This document shows positions 1 through 9,467 of a stretch of DNA of 64,000 nt, in pieces. The position numbers were made by a program, and so were the translations under genes. The stretch comes from Vicinamibacterales bacterium (GTDB lineage Bacteria > Acidobacteriota > Vicinamibacteria > Vicinamibacterales > UBA8438), in NCBI GenBank assembly GCA_965202655.1, contig CBDBBK010000002.1:144639-208638 (forward strand), read 5' to 3'. Numbering within the stretch: the first letter of the stretch is position 1; every line of letters starts with the position of its first letter. A model generated the notes under the pieces. It made no database searches. It worked only from the letters and a program-made list of their open reading frames with translations, and was not told where the DNA came from.

Positions 1-94
1 GAACACGGGCGGCCTTGGCGAGTCGGTATTGACTGATCCCAAGTTCGTCGAGGAATTCCGCGAGGTGTTCGCCGGGGTGAATGGGGGACGGCAT
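1..94 (-). CDS. higA: HigA-family antitoxin (HTH), 5' part, runs off the left edge
   Basis: Manual translation MPSPIHPGEHLAEFLDELGISQYRLAKAARV with the HPGE motif; AAAGGA RBS upstream; directly downstream of higB. Confidence 0.9.
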   Translation of the reverse strand, partial: MPSPIHPGEHLAEFLDELGISQYRLAKAARV

Positions 95-111
95 GGCGTG
101 GTCCTTTCGTG

Positions 112-384
112 TCAGTGGTAATCGGTGATCTCAATGTCTCGAGCGCCTTGCGGGCTCCAGCGAAAGCAAACGCGCCACTGATCGTTGATCCTGATGCTGT
201 ACTGGCCTTGCCGGTCGCCGCGCAGGGCCTCGAGGCGATGCGAGGGGGGCTGACGCAGGTCCGACAGGGCGACCGCCGCGACGACGCGTTGAAGTCGCAT
301 ACGCGCTCTTCGCTGGATGTCTGGTGGCAAGCGCGGGACGAACTCACCGGCAAAGCAGCGTTTCGTCTCGCGGTTCCGGAACAC
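112..384 (-). CDS. higB: HigB/RelE-family toxin (plasmid maintenance killer type)
   Basis: RLEALRGDRQGQYSIRINDQWRVCFRW...EITDYH; GTG start at 384 chosen from promoter spacing. Confidence 0.9.
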   Translation of the reverse strand: MFRNRETKRCFAGEFVPRLPPDIQRRARMRLQRVVAAVALSDLRQPPSHRLEALRGDRQGQYSIRINDQWRVCFRWSPQGARDIEITDYH

Positions 385-391
385 ATGACCG

Positions 392-420
392 ATAGTAACG
401 CATTGCGTTATTAACGCCAA
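392..420 (-). promoter_or_regulatory. higBA sigma70-type promoter with palindromic operator
   Basis: TTGGCG-17nt-TACTAT on the minus strand; palindrome TAACGCA-T-TGCGTTA (396-410) lies in the spacer. Confidence 0.75.
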
Positions 421-499
421 GAGTTAAGCTCTTGAGCCGGTTCGCCGTCGTTTCGCGCATTACCACAACAGACGGGCGAATACAGCCCGGGAAAAGGAA

Positions 500-1078
500 A
501 TGACGATGACGCTGCAACCTGAACGGCCCGGAGGCTACCGAATCCTCGCACTCGCACTGGCCACCGTGTTGGCGACAGCGGCCCACGCCGAGGCGCAGAC
601 GGCCGCATCATTCGACGAACTGCCGCGCGTGCTGAGCCTCGGAGACCGCGTTACCGTGACCGACGACACCGGCAGAGACCTTACGGGGCCGATCATCGAC
701 CTGTCGCCGTCCGGGCTGGCCCTGTCCCTCCGCGATCTTGGCGGCGCCCGGATCGACCTGCCGGCCGCCGAAGTCTCGCGCGTTCGCCAATGGCGCTCGG
801 ACTCGCTGCGGAACGGGACGCTGATCGGTCTTGGCGTCGCGGCAGTCCCCGGGTTCCTCTTCGTTGTGGCTGCCGGCGAGGGTGCGTCAGCCTACTCCGT
901 GGTGGGGTTCATGGGCTTGTCTCTTGGCTTGGGGGCTGGCATGGGCGCCGGAATCGATGCCCTGATCCCAACCACCCACGTCCTGTACGATCGGACGAGT
1001 GCGGCGCGGCAGCGGTGGACCGTCTCGCCGACGCTGTCGGCCCACCGTCGCGGCGTGGCCGTCTCGGTTGGCTTCTGA
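500..1078 (+). CDS. Exported/membrane hypothetical protein with glycine-zipper helices
   Basis: Signal peptide (AHAEA), GxxxG-rich TM segments, C-terminal VSVGF; AAAGGA RBS. Confidence 0.7.
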   Translation: MTMTLQPERPGGYRILALALATVLATAAHAEAQTAASFDELPRVLSLGDRVTVTDDTGRDLTGPIIDLSPSGLALSLRDLGGARIDLPAAEVSRVRQWRSDSLRNGTLIGLGVAAVPGFLFVVAAGEGASAYSVVGFMGLSLGLGAGMGAGIDALIPTTHVLYDRTSAARQRWTVSPTLSAHRRGVAVSVGF

Positions 1079-1083
1079 CGCCG

Positions 1084-1102
1084 GGCTCCGGCCACCGGAG
1101 CC
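1084..1102. terminator. Hairpin between convergent CDS and tRNA
   Basis: GGCTCCGG-CCA-CCGGAGCC; no clear U-tract. Confidence 0.4.
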
Positions 1103-1150
1103 GCGCGGGGCTGCCGCAACACTGGCTTCTCCGTGACAGAGGGTAGGATG

Positions 1151-1224
1151 TGGCTGGGAGGCAGGGATTCGAACCCCGATTCCACGGTCCAGAGCCGCGT
1201 GTCCTACCGTTGAACGACCTCCCA
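1151..1224 (-). tRNA. tRNA-Gln(CTG)
   Basis: TGGGAGGTCGTTCAACGGTAGGAC...CGCGG-CTCTGGA-CCGTG...GGTTCGAATCC...CCTCCCAGCCA; encoded CCA. Confidence 0.95.
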
Positions 1225-1265
1225 GCAGAGAAGCGCGGTAGGCCCGGAACCATTCATTATAGCGA

Positions 1266-2750
1266 ATGCGTTCAGCGCCCCCTTCGTTCGCCCGTTCCCG
1301 CGCGCTGTTTCTCCGCCTGCTCGGTCTCGTCTATCTGGCCGCGTTCGCTTCGCTGACGCCGCAGATTACGGCGCTCGTCGGCGATCAGGGCCTGCTGCCC
1401 GCCTCCGGCTACCTGGAACGCGTATACGACCTGTTCGGCCCGGACGCTTACCGGCAACTGCCGACACTGCTCTGGTTCTGGCCGTCGGACGGCATGCTGG
1501 TGGCGCTCTGCTGGTCGGGGCTGGCGTTGTCGGTGGCGGCGGTGGCGGGGCTTGCGCCGATCCCGGTCTTTGCCCTGCTCTGGCTCTGCTATCTGTCGCT
1601 GACGATCGCCGGACAGGACTTCCTGTCGTTTCAGTGGGACATCCTGCTCCTCGAGGCGGGCGTGCTGGCGATCTTCTACTCGCCCGCAACCTGGCGCGCG
1701 CCGCTCGGGCAGGGAGCCTCCGAGCCCTCCACCGTGGTGCGCTGGCTGATCGGGGGGCTGGCGTTCAAGCTGACGTTCCTGTCGGGGGCGACCAAGCTGT
1801 TGAGCGGCGATCCGACCTGGTGGGGGCTGACGGCGCTCGATTACCACTACGAGACGCAGCCGATACCGTCCTGGGTGAGCTGGTACGCGCACAACCTGCC
1901 CGCGTTCGTCGGGCACGCATCAGCCATCAAGATGTTCGCGGTGGAACTCGTCGCGCCGTTCGCGCTCCTCATGCCGGTGCGGTTCCGGCGCGTTCGGATT
2001 GTCGGCTTCGGGGCCCTCTGCGCGTTGCAGCTGGTGATCATGGCCACGGGGAACTACGGCTTCTTCAACCTGCTGACGGTGGTGCTGTACGTGTCGATGC
2101 TCGACGACGACGCGCTGGCTCTGCGCTGGCGCGTTCCGGTCTCGCCTGGAATGGCACCGCCGATTCGGAGGCCGCGCCGGCGCGGCTTGGGTGACTGGGC
2201 GCTGATCGCCGCCGTCGCCGTGCTCGCGCTGCTGAGCGCGCTCACCTTCGTCCGCGAGCTACGGAGTCCGGCGCCGATGCCGGCCTGGTCGAACACGCTG
2301 CTCGGCGCCGTCGCGCCGTTCCGGTCGGTGAGCGGCTACGGCCTGTTCCGTTCGATGACGACCGAGCGGCCGGAGATCATCCTCGAGGGGTCGGCGGACG
2401 GCACGACCTGGCGGGAGTACCCGTTCCGGTGGAAGGCCGGCGACCCGGCGCGCGCCCCCCGGTTCGTGCAACCGCACATGCCGCGTCTCGACTGGCAGAT
2501 GTGGTTCGCCGCCCTCGATCCGCAACGGCAGGCGCACTGGCTGCTGCCGCTCGCCCAACGCTTGCTCGAGAACGACCCGCTGGCGCTCGGGCTGCTCGAC
2601 ACGGCGGCCAATCCGTTTCCGGACGACCCGCCGCGGTACGTGCGGCTTCTGCTGTACCGCTACCGGTTCACCGCACCGGCGGACGCCTCGGACAACTGGT
2701 GGACGCGCGAGTTGCTCGGGCCGCTGACGGAACCGATGGGCTCGAGGTGA
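1266..2750 (+). CDS. Lipase maturation factor (LMF) family membrane protein
   Basis: FLSFQWDILLLEAG, YHYETQP, PHMPRLDWQMWFAAL motifs. Confidence 0.9.
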   Translation: MRSAPPSFARSRALFLRLLGLVYLAAFASLTPQITALVGDQGLLPASGYLERVYDLFGPDAYRQLPTLLWFWPSDGMLVALCWSGLALSVAAVAGLAPIPVFALLWLCYLSLTIAGQDFLSFQWDILLLEAGVLAIFYSPATWRAPLGQGASEPSTVVRWLIGGLAFKLTFLSGATKLLSGDPTWWGLTALDYHYETQPIPSWVSWYAHNLPAFVGHASAIKMFAVELVAPFALLMPVRFRRVRIVGFGALCALQLVIMATGNYGFFNLLTVVLYVSMLDDDALALRWRVPVSPGMAPPIRRPRRRGLGDWALIAAVAVLALLSALTFVRELRSPAPMPAWSNTLLGAVAPFRSVSGYGLFRSMTTERPEIILEGSADGTTWREYPFRWKAGDPARAPRFVQPHMPRLDWQMWFAALDPQRQAHWLLPLAQRLLENDPLALGLLDTAANPFPDDPPRYVRLLLYRYRFTAPADASDNWWTRELLGPLTEPMGSR

Positions 2751-2798
2751 AACCCCGCTACATTCGAGCGGCGAAGCATCCCGGCTGACCGGCGTCGC
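2746..2798. repeat. Partial copy of the MITE-like element at 31977-32138
   Basis: GGTGAAACCCCGCTACATTCGAGCGGCGAAGCATCCCGGCTGACCGGCGTCGC is the near-exact reverse complement of about 32075-32128. Confidence 0.85.
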
Positions 2799-3646
2799 TA
2801 CGCCCCGGCCGTGATGTCGACTACGGTCGTCAACTCCTGGGTGACGCCGTCGCCCCGATAGGCTCCGGTCACCGGCGCGGCGGCGGGCGGTTCGGCGGCG
2901 GCGGCGAGCGCGATATGCCGGTCGGAGACGGCGAGGCCCTGGCTCGGATCGTAGCCGCGCCAGCCGCCCCCCCGAAGGAACACTTCGCCCCACGCATGGA
3001 GGTCGGCCGGACGCGTCGTATCGCCGGTGTAGCAGTAGCCGCTGACGAAGCGCGCGGCGAGTCCCATGCAACGGCAGCAGTCGACGAACAGCATGGCGAG
3101 GTCGCGGCACGCCCCCTCGCGGGTCAGGAGTGTTTCCTCCGGCGATTGGGGATCGCCTTCCTCGCGGCCGACGACGGCAACACGTTGCTGGATCAGGGTG
3201 GCAAGCACGCGCGAGTAGGTCGCCTGGTTCCGCTTCGATTCGTGGGCCGCATCGAGGGCCAGTTCGCGGACGGAAACGGGCGCGGCGTCGGGCGGGTGCC
3301 GGTACTGCTCGAGGCGCTTGGCGAAGTCGGGCGCGTAGGCGTACGGCAACGCGCGGTCCGGCTCCGCGATCAGGTAACGGAACGGGTCGCTGACGAGGGT
3401 GTCGACTATGGCACGCGTCTCGATCGTCAGGTGCTCGGTCTCGCCTTCGAACCACGCGTGGGTGATGACGTTGCCTTCCGGATCGAGGTTGTCGGAGTGA
3501 ATCTGCGGCGCCGGGTCGATCGACAGGTCGTAGTCGACAAGCCGGATCGACGCGTCGGTCCGCGGATGCAGGCGGATGACGTGCGGTTCCAGGCCGACCG
3601 GCCCACTGTAGCGGTATGACGTGCGGTGGTGAACGGTTAGTCTCAC
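2798..3646 (-). CDS. Transglutaminase-like protein
   Basis: VRLTVHHRTSYRY N-domain; GACRDLA, ARFVSGY, HAWGEV, YDP triad motifs; GTGA overlap with the upstream stop. Confidence 0.9.
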   Translation of the reverse strand: MRLTVHHRTSYRYSGPVGLEPHVIRLHPRTDASIRLVDYDLSIDPAPQIHSDNLDPEGNVITHAWFEGETEHLTIETRAIVDTLVSDPFRYLIAEPDRALPYAYAPDFAKRLEQYRHPPDAAPVSVRELALDAAHESKRNQATYSRVLATLIQQRVAVVGREEGDPQSPEETLLTREGACRDLAMLFVDCCRCMGLAARFVSGYCYTGDTTRPADLHAWGEVFLRGGGWRGYDPSQGLAVSDRHIALAAAAEPPAAAPVTGAYRGDGVTQELTTVVDITAGA

Positions 3647-4425
3647 GGGACGGGTTCCTGCGGCGCGGCGACCCCGGGCGGTTCCGAAGTGCCGTCCATT
3701 GCGTTGAACGCCTGATCGAACCACTCGCCAGGCGTTTCTTCCACCGCGCGGCGGAGACGGTCGTCCCACCAGCGCGAGAGCTGTTCGAGATCGTGCTTTT
3801 CGAAACGCCGCTCGATGACGCGGAACGAACCGCGCCGGTACAGAACGACATCGATCGGAAAGTCGACGTCTGCCGCGCTGACCCGCGTTTCATCGAACGA
3901 GAGCAGCGCCACCTTGAAGGCATGCCGAAGCGAGTCGTCCACCGTCAACGCCCGGTCGATAATCGGCTTGCCGTAACCGGTCGAGCCGATCACGTGATAC
4001 GGCGTCAGCCGCCCGGTGTCGATCCAGTTCCCCTCCGGGTAGAGCAGGTAGAGCTTGTGCCGCCGGTCCTTCGACATCTGGCCCCCGATCAGCGCGTGGA
4101 TGTTGAACCGCATCCCCGCGTCGGTGATCGGCTTCCGATCCTCGCGCGCTACTTCACGCACCTGGGCGGCCAGCAGGTTCACCACCTCGTAGAGCCGCTC
4201 GAAGGGCTTGCCGTGCTCCGACCGCTCGGTCAGCCGCTCATCGAAATAGGTGAGCGTCTTGTCGCGCAGCGACCGGAGGCCGGAGGTCATGACGAAGAAC
4301 GTGCCGGTCGGCGGTGAATAGACCGTCACCTTCCGGAGGGAGGTCACTTCCTGGCCGGACGTGATGAGGGTGTCGGCCAGGCCGACGAGCCCCTCGTCGA
4401 TGTTCATGCTGACGCAGTACGTCAT
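3643..4425 (-). CDS. anbu: Anbu proteasome-type Ntn peptidase
   Basis: MTYCV N-terminal Thr nucleophile, YPEGNWI, YGKPIIDR; operon context. Confidence 0.88.
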   Translation of the reverse strand: MTYCVSMNIDEGLVGLADTLITSGQEVTSLRKVTVYSPPTGTFFVMTSGLRSLRDKTLTYFDERLTERSEHGKPFERLYEVVNLLAAQVREVAREDRKPITDAGMRFNIHALIGGQMSKDRRHKLYLLYPEGNWIDTGRLTPYHVIGSTGYGKPIIDRALTVDDSLRHAFKVALLSFDETRVSAADVDFPIDVVLYRRGSFRVIERRFEKHDLEQLSRWWDDRLRRAVEETPGEWFDQAFNAMDGTSEPPGVAAPQEPVP

Positions 4426-5387
4426 TCCGGGGCGTCCGTGCGCCGCGGCGGCGCAAAGAAGGTCCGCGTGATTTCGAATCCTACTCCGTTGAGCCGGTTC
4501 TGGATGCTGTCGAGAAACTCGTGCAGGCCCGTCCGAATCACGTCGGCGATGTCAGTATAGTCGAGGTCCGCGACGAGGCGGCCGAGCGCCCGTTCGGCGC
4601 TGTTGGCATAACGGCGGAGGGGGGTTCCGGTCACCGCGTGCAGCGATGTCTGCGCCTCGATCGCGCAGTGGTGCACCGAGCGGGGAAACTCCCGGTTGAG
4701 CAACAGGAAGCTGGCGACGGCGGCGGCCGCGACGCGGCCGTGAGTCCGCCGGTAGGCTTCGAACGCGCTGGCCGAGCGAAGCAGGGCGCTCCACTGGAGG
4801 TCGTCGACCGGCTTGCCGACGTCCTTCGGCGACGGCAGCAGCAGGTAGTACTTCGTGTCGACGATGCGCGTCGTCTGATCGCCCCGCTCCGTGAACTGAC
4901 CCATTCGGCTGAAGTGCCAAGCCTCGCCGTGCGCCATCGTCTCGTTCTTCGCCCCCTCGATTCGATAGCTTGACCGCTGGACGTGCTCGAAGAAGGCATG
5001 CGGGTCCGCCAGGGCCCGCTGCCGCGCCCCGGGCTCCCGCAGGAAAAGATAAAAGGTGTTTATCGCCTCCCACATCTCGGACGAGATGATCTCGCGGATC
5101 GAGCGCGCATTCTCGCGCGCCTTCGTCAGGCTCGAGACGATCGAGTTGGGGTTGTTCGCGTCGAAGGTGAGGAACTCGATGACGTTGGAACGCGACGGCC
5201 CGTCGTACGCGGCGCGGAACGCCGCCTCGTCGCCCGTGACCTTCACCATCGGATCCCATTGCTCCTCGGCCAGGCCGGGCATCTGAAGCTGCAACTGGTT
5301 GTTCACGCCGGCGACGCGCGCCACGTTCTCGGCGCGCGAGATGTAGCGGCTCATCCAGTAGATCGACTCGGCGACGCGGCTCAGCAT
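4422..5387 (-). CDS. Alpha-E domain protein
   Basis: MLSRVAESIYWMSRY, ARENARSIRE, FPRS motifs; start at ATG 5387. Confidence 0.9.
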   Translation of the reverse strand: MLSRVAESIYWMSRYISRAENVARVAGVNNQLQLQMPGLAEEQWDPMVKVTGDEAAFRAAYDGPSRSNVIEFLTFDANNPNSIVSSLTKARENARSIREIISSEMWEAINTFYLFLREPGARQRALADPHAFFEHVQRSSYRIEGAKNETMAHGEAWHFSRMGQFTERGDQTTRIVDTKYYLLLPSPKDVGKPVDDLQWSALLRSASAFEAYRRTHGRVAAAAVASFLLLNREFPRSVHHCAIEAQTSLHAVTGTPLRRYANSAERALGRLVADLDYTDIADVIRTGLHEFLDSIQNRLNGVGFEITRTFFAPPRRTDAPE

Positions 5388-5410
5388 GGTCGTGGCGGCA
5401 GGGGTGTCGG

Positions 5411-6856
5411 TCAGGGCGCGGCGGGCGGTGCGAGCACCCAGGTGTCCTTGCTGCCTCCTCCCTGCGACGAGTTGACGACGAGCGAGCCCTTCCGGAGGGC
5501 GACGCGCGTCAGCCCGCCCGGCAGCACGTAGCAGTCGCGCCCGTAGAGGATGTACGGGCGCAGGTCGACGTGGCGCCCCTCGAAGCCTTCCTCGACACGA
5601 GTCGGAACGCGCGACAGCCCCAGCGTCGGCTGCGCGATGTAGTTGCGGGGCTCCGCCTCGATCCGGCGGGCGAATTCGCTGAGTTCCTCCTGGCTGGCGG
5701 CGGGGCCGATCAGCAGGCCGTAGCCGCCGGATTCGTTCGCCGGCTTGACCACCAGTTCGGCGAGATGATCGAGGACGTAGCGGCGGTCGTCGTCCCGCCA
5801 GCAGAGGTAAGTCGGCACGTTGGGAAGTATCGGATCCTCGCCGAGGTAGTAGCGGATCATCTCCGGGACGTAGGCGTACACCACCTTGTCGTCGGCGACG
5901 CCGGTGCCGGGCGCGTTCACCAGCGTCACCCGGCCGCGCTGGTACAGATCCATGAGCCCCGGCACGCCCAGCAGCGAATCGGACCGGAAACAGGTGGGGT
6001 CGAGGAAGTCGTCGTCGATCCGGCGGTACAACACGTCGACCGGGTCGTAGCCGTGCGTCGTCCGCATCTGCAGCCGGTCGTCCACCACGTCGAGGTCGCG
6101 TCCCTCCACCAGCTCGATTCCCATCTGCTGGGCCAGGAAGGAATGCTCGAAGTACGCCGAGTTGAAGACGCCCGGGGTCAGCAGCGCGACGCTCGGCCGG
6201 TCGACCCGCTCCGGCGCCACCTCTTCGAGCATCGTCAGCAGTCGGCTCGGATAGTCCTGCACCGGCCGGACTCCCAGTCCCTCGAAGACGAGGGGGAACG
6301 TCTCGGTCATCACCGCACGGTTCTCCAGGACGTAGGACACCCCGGACGGGCACCGCAGGTTGTCCTCCAGGACGTAGATCGTCCCGTCCCGGTCGCGCAC
6401 CAGGTCGGTGCCGGTGATGTGGCACCAGACGCCGCGCGGCGGACGGAGCCCGCTGCACTCGGTGCGGTAGCCCTGCGACGATTCCACCACGTCGGCCGGC
6501 ACGATGCCGTCCCGAATGATCTTCCGGTCGTGGTAAACGTCGTTGATGAACAGGTTGAGCGCTTCGACGCGCTGCGTCAGCCCGCGCTCGATGGGAGCCC
6601 ACGTGTCGTGGGCGATTATCCGGGGGACGACGTCGAACGGGAAGATCCGCTCCGTTCCTTCCTCGTCGCCGTAGACGGTGAAGGTGATGCCGGTGTTGAG
6701 CAGCGCCTGCTCGGCGGCGGTGTGCCGGCGGATGAACTCGCCCGCCGGCAGCCCCTCGATCCGTTCGACGAGCGCACGCGCCTCCGGCCGGGGAGTGCCG
6801 TCCGGTAGGAACATCTCGTCGTAGAAGCCGCCGATGTCGTAACCGTTGAAGTTCAT
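5411..6856 (-). CDS. Circularly permuted type 2 ATP-grasp protein
   Basis: VLEDNLRCPSGVSY, RRIDDDFLDP, VVNSSQGGGSKDTWV. Confidence 0.93.
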   Translation of the reverse strand: MNFNGYDIGGFYDEMFLPDGTPRPEARALVERIEGLPAGEFIRRHTAAEQALLNTGITFTVYGDEEGTERIFPFDVVPRIIAHDTWAPIERGLTQRVEALNLFINDVYHDRKIIRDGIVPADVVESSQGYRTECSGLRPPRGVWCHITGTDLVRDRDGTIYVLEDNLRCPSGVSYVLENRAVMTETFPLVFEGLGVRPVQDYPSRLLTMLEEVAPERVDRPSVALLTPGVFNSAYFEHSFLAQQMGIELVEGRDLDVVDDRLQMRTTHGYDPVDVLYRRIDDDFLDPTCFRSDSLLGVPGLMDLYQRGRVTLVNAPGTGVADDKVVYAYVPEMIRYYLGEDPILPNVPTYLCWRDDDRRYVLDHLAELVVKPANESGGYGLLIGPAASQEELSEFARRIEAEPRNYIAQPTLGLSRVPTRVEEGFEGRHVDLRPYILYGRDCYVLPGGLTRVALRKGSLVVNSSQGGGSKDTWVLAPPAAP

Positions 6857-6893
6857 TGCGGTTCGAGTCGGTGAGGATCCTACCGTGAGGCTC

Positions 6894-7706
6894 CTAGTCG
6901 AGTGCGGCGACCAGGTCGACGCCGCCGAGCTGTCGCATGTGCCGGCGGATCCAGGCCTGCCGCTCCCGGACGTAGGGCGACGGATCGTCGACGCGCAACC
7001 GCGCCGGATTGGGCAGCACGGCGGCGAGCAGGGCGGCTTCGTCCGCCGTCAGTTCCGACGGCGTCTTTCCGAAGAAGTGGTCGCTGGCCGCCGTGATCCC
7101 GAACAGCCCGTCGCCGAACTCCGCGACGTTCAGGTACACCTCGACGATGCGCTGCTTGCTCCAGCAGAGTTCGATCAGCACGGTCAGGTGAGCTTCCAGT
7201 CCTTTCCGGAAGAAACTGCGGCCCGGCCAGAGGAAGAGGTTCTTAGCGGTCTGCTGCGAGATGGTGCTCGCGCCGCGCAGCCGTCCCCCGTCGCGCGCCT
7301 CGTCCAGCGCCATCTGAATTGCCTCGACGTCGAACCCGTGGTGATCCGGGAACTTCTGATCTTCGCTGGCGATTACCGCGAGCGCGGCGTGCGGGGCAAT
7401 CGCTTCCCAGTCCGTCCAGCGGTAGGTCGCGTACGTGGCGAAGCGCGAGTCTGCCGATGCCTCCGCCGCGGTTCGGTCGAGCCACGCGCTCTGGAGCATG
7501 AAGGCGGTCGTCGGTGGCGGCGCCCACCGGAAAAGAACGATCACGGCCAGTGGAAGGCCGACGCCGAGGGCGACGCTCGAGAGGCCGCCGCGCCAGAATA
7601 GTGTTCGCCGCCACGAACTCGCGCGGCGCCTGCGTCCGCGCCGCGCGTGCCGGTGGGATGCTCGATTGGTGCCGGTCATGTCCCCGTTGGCGTTCCGTTG
7701 CCCCAC
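6894..7706 (-). CDS. mtgA: Monofunctional peptidoglycan transglycosylase
   Basis: [28 protein letters not shown]; start uncertain (alternative 7679). Confidence 0.9.
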   Translation of the reverse strand: MGQRNANGDMTGTNRASHRHARRGRRRRASSWRRTLFWRGGLSSVALGVGLPLAVIVLFRWAPPPTTAFMLQSAWLDRTAAEASADSRFATYATYRWTDWEAIAPHAALAVIASEDQKFPDHHGFDVEAIQMALDEARDGGRLRGASTISQQTAKNLFLWPGRSFFRKGLEAHLTVLIELCWSKQRIVEVYLNVAEFGDGLFGITAASDHFFGKTPSELTADEAALLAAVLPNPARLRVDDPSPYVRERQAWIRRHMRQLGGVDLVAALD

Positions 7707-7785
7707 GTATCGGCGCGTGGATGGGATAACCTAGCAGTTCCCCCGGGGTTATGGATCTGCCCGCGCTGTTCGAGTCCTCACCACG

Positions 7786-8679
7786 GTGATCAGATCGCAT
7801 CCAGGAGTCGCCGTCTGGGTCCTGCTGGCGATGGCCGTCCCGACCGCTGTCGAGGCCGCGCAGACCGACGCCGCGGACGCCCTCTTGGCCGTCCGGGTCA
7901 AGACGGCCATTGTCAACGACGCGGATCTGGGCGAGTTGCCGATCGACGTGCGAGCCGTTGCGGGCGTCGTCACCCTGGAAGGCATCGTCCGCACGGCGGA
8001 TGAGGCGGATAGTGCAGTGGCGCTGGCGCAGAGGGTGGCCGGTGTCGCGCGCGTCGAGTCGGCGCTCGAGGTCGGCGATCCGGATCCGCTGGCGGAGCAG
8101 AGACGGCCGCGCCTGCCAGCGCTCGCCCCGAGGCCCACCGAAGGCCCGATGCGACTCATCGCGGCCGGCGGCACGATGCAACTGACCCGCGCCTCCGGCG
8201 CTCTCCGGGATCGGATTCGATCCCTCCGTCCCGTCTTCCGGTTCCGATCGAGCACCGGTCTGGGCCCGGCGGTGTCGTTCAGGGGAGGCGAGGTGGCCCT
8301 CGAGCCGGCAGGCGGGACGCAAAGCGCGCTGGCCGCGGTCCGGCTGCGGCCGGTGATGGCCGGCCTGAATTACAGCCTCGTTACCGGGCGCGTGACGCTC
8401 GGCGCCGGTGTCGTCGCCGGCTATTCGTTCAACAGCCTGAGTGTCGAAACCGCACGCGCCGGACCCGGCCGCGCGATTGCGGTCACGAACTCGTTCGCCG
8501 TCCAGCCCAAGCTGGACGTCTGGTTCGACGTGACGCGACGCATCGGCCTTACGCTTGGGGCGGGTTACCTGGTCAGCCGTCCGAAGGTGACCTTCGCGAG
8601 TGACGATATCGTGTCCACCGAGCGGATCCCGATAAACACGGTGGTGCTGAGCGCGGGCCTGGCGTACTGGATCTTCTGA
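7786..8679 (+). CDS. BON domain fused to a small outer-membrane beta-barrel
   Basis: Signal peptide; DALLAVRVKTAI...GVVTLEG...GVARVES BON pattern; alternating beta strands ending GLAYWIF. Confidence 0.7.
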   Translation: MIRSHPGVAVWVLLAMAVPTAVEAAQTDAADALLAVRVKTAIVNDADLGELPIDVRAVAGVVTLEGIVRTADEADSAVALAQRVAGVARVESALEVGDPDPLAEQRRPRLPALAPRPTEGPMRLIAAGGTMQLTRASGALRDRIRSLRPVFRFRSSTGLGPAVSFRGGEVALEPAGGTQSALAAVRLRPVMAGLNYSLVTGRVTLGAGVVAGYSFNSLSVETARAGPGRAIAVTNSFAVQPKLDVWFDVTRRIGLTLGAGYLVSRPKVTFASDDIVSTERIPINTVVLSAGLAYWIF

Positions 8680-8681
8680 CG

Positions 8682-9467
8682 ATGCTGCAGGCCTTCCGCA
8701 CGTTCGCGTTCTCGACCCTCGCCGGCGTGGGCGCGGCGTCGCTCTTCGCCGGGCGGGCGCTCGTCGCCGCCTTTCGCCCGCCCTACGAACTGAAGGAGAC
8801 GGCGCGGCAGATCTACGAGATCGGCTGGCGGTCGTTGCCGCTCATCGCGGCGTCGGGGTTCGCCGTCGGCATCGTGCTCTCGATGCAGACGCGCGCATCG
8901 CTGGAACGGTTCGGCGCGGAAGCACTGATTCCGGTCGGACTCGCCCTGGCTTTGGTGCGCGAGACGGGACCGCTGGTCACCGGCCTGCTCATTTCCGGGC
9001 GCGTTGGCGCCGGGGTCGGCGCGGAGCTGGGCGCCATGAAGGTGACCGAGCAGATCGACGCGCTGGAGGCGGTGGCGGTCGACTCGTTCAAGTTCCTCGT
9101 GGTGACGCGCATGATCGCCTGCATGGTGGCGATGCCGCTGCTGACCGCGGTGATGAACTTCACCGGCATCGTCGGTGGCTGGGTGGCCGAGGCGCCGATC
9201 TCCGGGATGGACTTCCCCGTGTACTTCCGCACCGCGTTCTCGTCGGTCCAGTTCACCGACTACATCCCGAGCACGCTCAAGACGGTGGTCTTCGGCTTCA
9301 TCATCTCCATCACCGCCGCTTACCTCGGCTTCAATACGCGCGGCGGCACCCAGGGCGTAGGCTACGCGGCGACTCGCGCCGTGGTGGTCGCGTCCATTCT
9401 GATGATCGCGGCCAACGTGGTGTTGGTCCGGCTGATCTTCTTCATCTTCCCCGAGGCGGCAGGGTGA
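8682..9467 (+). CDS. mlaE: MlaE-family ABC permease
   Basis: RETGPLVTGLLISGRVGAGVGAELGAMKVTEQIDALE. Confidence 0.92.
   Translation: MLQAFRTFAFSTLAGVGAASLFAGRALVAAFRPPYELKETARQIYEIGWRSLPLIAASGFAVGIVLSMQTRASLERFGAEALIPVGLALALVRETGPLVTGLLISGRVGAGVGAELGAMKVTEQIDALEAVAVDSFKFLVVTRMIACMVAMPLLTAVMNFTGIVGGWVAEAPISGMDFPVYFRTAFSSVQFTDYIPSTLKTVVFGFIISITAAYLGFNTRGGTQGVGYAATRAVVVASILMIAANVVLVRLIFFIFPEAAG

Noticed and set aside
892-1356. Short ORFs overlapping the tRNA
   Set aside because: Explained by the tRNA-Gln gene
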